This document shows positions 23,200 to 24,000 of a stretch of DNA of 24,000 nucleotides, one piece after another; within the stretch, counting starts at the first letter, position 1; each line of letters begins with the position of its first letter. This DNA is from Olsenella uli DSM 7084. Lineage in GTDB: Bacteria; Actinomycetota; Coriobacteriia; Coriobacteriales; Atopobiaceae. The stretch covers positions 209,186-233,185 of the forward strand of contig NC_014363.1 of the NCBI RefSeq assembly GCF_000143845.1. The letters are read 5' to 3'. Below the pieces are notes generated by a model that worked only from the letters and a program-made list of their open reading frames with translations, searched no databases and was not told the DNA's origin. The position numbers and the translations under genes are program-made.

Positions 23200-24000
23200 C
23201 TAACGTGCGCGGTCGGTGCCCAAGACGACGATGACGTCAGCGTCCTTCTCGTACGAGCCGTCGTTCTGACGTGCCGAGACCGAGAGGCCCAGCGTCTCGA
23301 TGACGCCCTGGGCCTTGTCGGCGGCGCCCCCGTTGTAGATGACCTTCGACGTGTCCGTCCTGGACGACGCGTTGTCGGCCTGGGCGGAGTAGCCCCTCTG
23401 CGTGAGTTTGTCGGCGGCACTGCCCGCAATGCCCGCAACGCCCGAGGCGTTGTAGACCATGACGGTGCCCGAGTAGTCGGCTGCGACCTCGGTTGCGGAG
23501 GAGGTGGCATCCGAGCTCCCGTCGCCTCCTGCGCTCACGCCGACGGAACCCGCGATGCCCGCCGTGGAGTCCTGGCTCGCGTCCGCGTAGGGCGGCAGGC
23601 CCTGGTCGACGCGCTCCATGACGGACTTCCATGCGGCGGTGTCGCAGATCTCGTACCAGGTGGCGTTGACGTACTTGGACTCGGTCGGCATCTGCCCGGA
23701 GTAGATGTCCTCGTCGACGTTGATGCCCACGAACTTGGACGCTATGGAGAGCATCGTGCTCACGTCCATGTCCGTGGTGACGTGGCCCGCCATGGTCGAG
23801 ACGGTGCCGGCCATGGTGATGGGGTCGGACGCCAGGACCTTCTTGACCACGGCCCCTATGAGCATGCGCTGGTTGGCGGCGCGGTAGAAGTCGCCTCCAC
23901 CGTAGCTGTCGTAGGCGTGGCGCGTGCGTCCCAGCAGCGCGGCCGTCTGGCCGTCGAGCGTCTGCTCGCCGGCCGGCAGGTCAAGACCCGTGTATTCGGG
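23200..24000 (-). CDS. LytR-CpsA-Psr (LCP) family cell-envelope phosphotransferase, 3' part (the N-terminus lies beyond the window)
   Basis: The frame stays open upstream of the track's Met (23865) to the window edge, and my hand translation of 23866-23946 reads ...ALLGRTRHAYDSYGGGDFYRAANQRMLIGAVV, the conserved LCP Arg/Asp core. The C-terminus (GTVMVYNASGVAGIAG...VIVVLGTD) looks like a LytR_C domain. Confidence 0.8.
   Translation of the reverse strand, partial: PEYTGLDLPAGEQTLDGQTAALLGRTRHAYDSYGGGDFYRAANQRMLIGAVVKKVLASDPITMAGTVSTMAGHVTTDMDVSTMLSIASKFVGINVDEDIYSGQMPTESKYVNATWYEICDTAAWKSVMERVDQGLPPYADASQDSTAGIAGSVGVSAGGDGSSDATSSATEVAADYSGTVMVYNASGVAGIAGSAADKLTQRGYSAQADNASSRTDTSKVIYNGGAADKAQGVIETLGLSVSARQNDGSYEKDADVIVVLGTDRAR

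Overview
High-GC window, probably from an anaerobic Actinomycetota (Coriobacteriia-like; this is inference, no search was possible). The edges are housekeeping genes: a partial LysR-like 3' end, a YtcJ-type amidohydrolase, glutamine-dependent NAD+ synthetase (nadE) and groES-groEL on the left; ychF and a partial LCP (LytR-CpsA-Psr) gene on the right. The centre (about 6.9-20.6 kb) is a nucleoside uptake and catabolism island made of two divergent transcription units. The minus-strand unit is HTH-fused pseudouridine kinase (psuK), pseudouridine-5'-phosphate glycosidase (psuG), a hairpin, then an orphan YjjI-type glycyl-radical enzyme and its YjjW-type radical-SAM activase. The plus-strand unit is deoB, deoD, a BMP-family lipoprotein, a duplicated ABC ATPase, two permeases, cdd and pdp. 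The best candidate for an undescribed system is the YjjI/YjjW pair, which has no assigned reaction as far as I know. It sits inside nucleoside catabolism genes here, and as I recall its E. coli homologues sit next to deoCABD. Other points worth a second look: a roughly 24-Cys multi-[4Fe-4S] protein of unknown function; a 191-bp MITE- or iteron-like element with 21-bp phased GAAGTG/CACTTC repeats in the groEL/yjjW spacer; tandem 12-mers and a palindrome upstream of yjjI; a groES leader with palindromes but no CIRCE that I can see; and strong GC hairpins between cistrons. I found no rRNA, tRNA, CRISPR array or transposase gene. All calls rest on reading motifs by eye in the supplied translations, with no database search.
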